A stretch of DNA of 63,951 nucleotides, filler included, from Octopus bimaculoides (taxonomy: Eukaryota), in assembly GCF_001194135.2 (NCBI RefSeq). It is 5 parts of 4 records of this genome, joined end to end, with 100 filler letters (N's around TTAATTAATTAA, not from the genome) between each part and the next. Parts side by side here need not be neighbours in the genome. Positions count along the whole stretch, not along the records: positions 57,884 to 62,007 come from NC_069003.1; positions 62,108 to 63,951 come from NW_026311230.1; 3 more parts are not named here. The stretch is one strand, 5' to 3'. Positions 59,990 through 63,951 of this stretch are shown here, one piece after another (the first letter of the stretch is position 1; the number at the start of each line of letters is the position of its first letter). The notes under the pieces were generated by a model. The model was not told where the DNA came from. It did not search any database and worked only from the letters and a program-made list of their open reading frames with translations. The translations under genes were made by a program, and so were the position numbers.

Positions 59990-60826
59990 NNNNNNNNNNN
60001 NNNNNNNNNNNNNNNNNNNNNNNNNNNNNNNNNNNNNNNNNNNNNNNNNNNNNNNNNNNNNNNNNNNNNNNNNNNNNNNNNNNNNNNNNNNNNNNNNNNN
60101 NNNNNNNNNNNNNNNNNNNNNNNNNNNNNNNNNNNNNNNNNNNNNNNNNNNNNNNNNNNNNNNNNNNNNNNNNNNNNNNNNNNNNNNNNNNNNNNNNNNN
60201 NNNNNNNNNNNNNNNNNNNNNNNNNNNNNNNNNNNNNNNNNNNNNNNNNNNNNNNNNNNNNNNNNNNNNNNNNNNNNNNNNNNNNNNNNNNNNNNNNNNN
60301 NNNNNNNNNNNNNNNNNNNNNNNNNNNNNNNNNNNNNNNNNNNNNNNNNNNNNNNNNNNNNNNNNNNNNNNNNNNNNNNNNNNNNNNNNNNNNNNNNNNN
60401 NNNNNNNNNNNNNNNNNNNNNNNNNNNNNNNNNNNNNNNNNNNNNNNNNNNNNNNNNNNNNNNNNNNNNNNNNNNNNNNNNNNNNNNNNNNNNNNNNNNN
60501 NNNNNNNNNNNNNNNNNNNNNNNNNNNNNNNNNNNNNNNNNNNNNNNNNNNNNNNNNNNNNNNNNNNNNNNNNNNNNNNNNNNNNNNNNNNNNNNNNNNN
60601 NNNNNNNNNNNNNNNNNNNNNNNNNNNNNNNNNNNNNNNNNNNNNNNNNNNNNNNNNNNNNNNNNNNNNNNNNNNNNNNNNNNNNNNNNNNNNNNNNNNN
60701 NNNNNNNNNNNNNNNNNNNNNNNNNNNNNNNNNNNNNNNNNNNNNNNNNNNNNNNNNNNNNNNNNNNNNNNNNNNNNNNNNNNNNNNNNATATATGAGTT
60801 CACATCAGCGCATTTGAGACACATAC

Positions 60827-60958
60827 ATTCAGCCATACTGTGTAAGTAGACATCTACGAACAATTCTCTGGCCTCTTCTGCAGGACGGGCCTGGTAACGA
60901 GCTTTCAAGTAGATTTGAATGATTATTGCCGCTTCATCAAGAGCATTCACACGTATAC
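60827..60958 (-). other. Candidate 132-nt phase 1-1 exon with IQ-motif-like peptide
   Basis: ctttcttctcgtataAG|gt ata cgt...gaa t|GTatgt gives xIRVNALDEAAIIIQIYLKARYQARPAEEARELFVDVYLHSMAE; AAIIIQ..K..Y.AR resembles an IQ motif with a one-residue insertion. Confidence 0.3.
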
Positions 60959-61006
60959 CTTATACGAGAAGAAAGTGTATGAGAGAGAGAGAGAGAGAGC
61001 GAGAGA

Positions 61007-61093
<87 letters not shown>

Positions 61094-62329
61094 TGAAAGA
61101 GAGAAAGAGAGAAAGAGAGAAAGAGAGAGGAAGAGACAAAGTGAGAGATTCTTAGAACTATTTACAATAATTATTATGTGGATCAGGCACTGATTTTACT
61201 CTGCATATCAGGACATTTTTCTTGCACGTATCAAATTATATAGTAAAACATTGAAACAGCGCGCCCGCGCGTGTGTGTGATTAATTTAAAATCAAGTTCA
61301 CATACGTACATTTTGGTAACTATACACTTAAAATGAAGATTCGTAGAGACATTTGATGAGGTGGCAGAACTAATTAAAGCAAGTTGAACAGCTCTGGGGA
61401 TTCGTCCTGCTGACAAAGGCTTCTGAATTAACTAGAGAACGTACATACGCACTATGCGCACCGAATTTGAATATATGTTTATCAGACCAACGTACGTGAG
61501 CCTATTCATCATAATTTATCCACAAAACACCTATACACATACATACATACATACCTACATACACACGCACACATAAACACACATACATATATGTATGTAT
61601 GTATGTATATATACACACATATATATACATACGGACACGTATTCTCACGCATAAACAGATACGCTTAAGTTCATACATGTATATTTTCATGCCTGCGTGT
61701 TTTTTCATGTATATATGTATGTCTTTTTTTTCTTTTTTTGAGACTTTAGGAAGGTGTATGTAAACCAGCATACGTGGATGTGTTAATGATTGTCAGTGTG
61801 TATGTACAATAATATGTATGTGTGCACGGAAGAAAATATGCGACAGTGATACATAAATACTTCTATTTGTATATATTTATATATAGAGAGAGACAGACTT
61901 TTATTGTAGGTATTTGCAAGTATATGTATTTCTGTCTTTTATGCATTTCATATATATATACATATACATACATATATATACATATACATACATACATACA
62001 TACATATNNNNNNNNNNNNNNNNNNNNNNNNNNNNNNNNNNNNNNNNNNNNTTAATTAATTAANNNNNNNNNNNNNNNNNNNNNNNNNNNNNNNNNNNNN
62101 NNNNNNNGTTACCTATTATCTTGGAACCAATAACACACAGTTAAAGATACATCTGAGTGATTGCTTGAAGAATTCAAGAAAATTAGGTAAGTACCACTTG
62201 AAAAATATTCTGCTATACATTGTTGACACCATAAGGGTGTAGAAACTTTGAGAGAGTGTGAAATACTTAATTTTTTGGAATGGGAGAGACTCAAAGTAGA
62301 TAGGGTAATGACTCCCTTCAGTGATGAAT

Positions 62330-62540
62330 AATCATGGGATTGCACCTAGGAAGTATCCCTCTAGGGCACAAGTCCAGACAAAGTTGTTTATGGAAGACCA
62401 GCAGTCTTTGCCCATGCATACCAGCCTCGCCTCTCCATGCCACCAATGTTATCCAAGGGAAAGACGAAGGCCGATACAGCTTGGCACCAGTGATGTCGCA
62501 ACTCATTTCTACAGCTGAATGAACTGGAGCAATGTGAAAN
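62330..62540 (-). mobile_element. SINE family D
   Basis: Reverse complement of 46720-46911. Confidence 0.75.
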
Positions 62541-62723
62541 NNNNNNNNNNNNNNNNNNNNNNNNNNNNNNNNNNNNNNNNNNNNNNNNNNNNNNNNNNNN
62601 NNNNNNNNNNNNNNNNNNNNNNNNNNNNNNNNNNNNNNNNNNNNNNNNNNNNNNNNNNNNNNNNNNNNGACAAAGTTGTTTATGGAAGACCAGCAGTCTT
62701 TGCCCATGCATACCAGCCTCGCC

Positions 62724-62832
62724 TCAACATTGCAACGTTCTTCAAAGCTTTCCAGAACATTGTGACATACAGCAAGCAAAATAAATAAGTTAATTTAAAA
62801 TGTGTATACCTATTTTTGGCCCACCCTCTATA
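62724..62832 (+). mobile_element. Tc1/mariner-type right end
   Basis: ...atttttggcccaccctcTA resembles the reverse complement of TA-CAGGGTGGGCCAAAA TIRs. Confidence 0.4.
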
Positions 62833-62834
62833 TG

Positions 62835-63040
62835 TGTGTGTGCATGTGTCTTTGTATTTGTGTTTTTTTTTCCCTCACCATTACTTGACAAGTGGTGTTG
62901 GTGTGTTTACATCCCTGTAACTTCGTGGTTCAGCAAAAGAGACCGAGAGAATAAGTACCGGGGTTGATTTGTTTGACTAAAAATTTCTTTGAGGCGGTAC
63001 TCCAGCACGGTCATAGTCCAGTGAAAGATAAAAGATAAAC
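62835..63040 (+). mobile_element. SINE family B 3' half
   Basis: ttgacaagtggtgttggtgtgtttacatccctgtaacttcgtggttcagcaaaagagacc...ctccagcacggtcatagtcc. Confidence 0.7.
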
Positions 63041-63469
63041 ATTCAAAAGCGCATGAATTTATTCGAGTCTCACAGGCAGCCTTCACTTTTTGCAAATATA
63101 ACTTTTTGGGGAACTGAGTCTCGAAGCAGATAAAGCCAGAAATAATAGTGTGTGAATATTGAGTTAAAAAAATAAAACCTACTGGATTTAAAAAAAGTCA
63201 AAAGGCTGCGCATGGGATTTGAACCTACATCCACTGTAAACATGAACCAAGCAACCTTCAACTCTTTCCATCCATAGAGTCTTTAATCCTATATTTACAG
63301 GCTATTATTTATAGCTTTATCTGTTTTAAGTTTCACTGTTCCAAAAAGGAATTATTCTGCTATTCTTTTATTCTTTTACTTGTTTCTGGCTTGTTAGCAT
63401 TTATTTACCTGTCTGTATATATCCCATAATCCCATCGGATGGTAATCTCTTACGCTGTGACTGGCTCCG

Positions 63470-63624
63470 GATGGTGTTTATTCCCAGACCGGGCGTTGTG
63501 AGTGTTTATTGAGTGAAAACACCTAAAAAGCTTCACGAGGCTCCGGCAGGGGGTGGTGGCGAACCCTGCTGTACTCTTTCACCACAACTTTCTCTCACTC
63601 TTACTTCCTGTTTCTGTTGTGCCT

Positions 63625-63656
<32 letters not shown>

Positions 63657-63667
63657 AAGAAGAAGAA
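63470..63667 (+). mobile_element. SINE family C variant, 3'-truncated into (AAG)n
   Basis: attcccagaccgggcgttgtgagtgtttattgagtgaaaacacctaaa...ggctccggcagggggtggtggcgaaccc matches the minus-strand copy at 3965-4283 up to cctgta, then (AAG)n 63627-63667. Confidence 0.75.
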
Positions 63668-63951
63668 AGAGGTCAAGGACATGAAGGAACCTATTTGGTA
63701 AAAAAAATTCTCAGAATTATCAGTCAGTGGGTTGTCACTTTACCGGTTATCAAATTTCAAGGAGAAGACAGTAGAAATTATAACAATAACAACAAAACAA
63801 TGATAACTATTGTTGCCAAAATACTTAGTTACAGGAGCATGATAAGAAAATCAAGCCAATGATAAGAATAATATTAGTGTGTGTGTGGCAGGGGAAGTGA
63901 TATGGGTTGTAGAAGATATGCGATAAATCACATGATTCTGGTGACCTTAGG

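Noticed and set aside
62369-62724. Exact ~56-bp repeat (gacaaagttgtttatggaagacc...gcctcgcctc) on both sides of a gap
   Set aside because: Part of multicopy SINE D flanking an N run; most likely a contig-end overlap or repeat mis-join
1982-62788. Dozens of long ORFs in the supplied track (200-670 aa)
   Set aside because: They consist of X from N gaps plus microsatellite translations (YIYI, CVCV, ERER, poly-L/I/N/T)
63195-63280. Minus-strand B-box-like ggttcaaatccc suggesting a tRNA gene
   Set aside because: No cloverleaf or acceptor stem could be formed; at best a decayed SINE head

Overview
AT-rich, microsatellite-dense and heavily gapped animal genomic DNA. The SINE and simple-repeat complement looks like a cephalopod (octopus-type) genome; this is inference, not verified. 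The only confidently recognisable host gene is the C-terminal 129 codons of a heparan sulfate 3-O-sulfotransferase (HS3ST1/5-like, 10857-11246, +), whose 5' part falls in an N gap. The rest is mostly decayed mobile DNA: at least six Penelope-like (GIY-YIG/RT) fragments, several with hammerhead-ribozyme-like motifs; two clusters of R4/Dong-type REL-endonuclease LINE fragments, one tied to (AAT)n and one to (TACA)n; a CR1-type RT fragment; hAT, Tc1/mariner and Helitron remnants; several MITE/foldback elements; and about four modular tRNA-derived SINE families, one dimeric and one carrying an internal microsatellite. Low-confidence decayed host-like fragments (class A GPCR TM5-7, RI-type LRR) and isolated candidate exons are also present. 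Most long ORFs in the supplied track are artefacts of N runs and microsatellites. The most promising observations are the apparent (TACA)n-targeting R4-like lineage and a near-complete type I hammerhead at 37973-38076. All motif calls were made by eye, without database searches, and many repeat boundaries are approximate.
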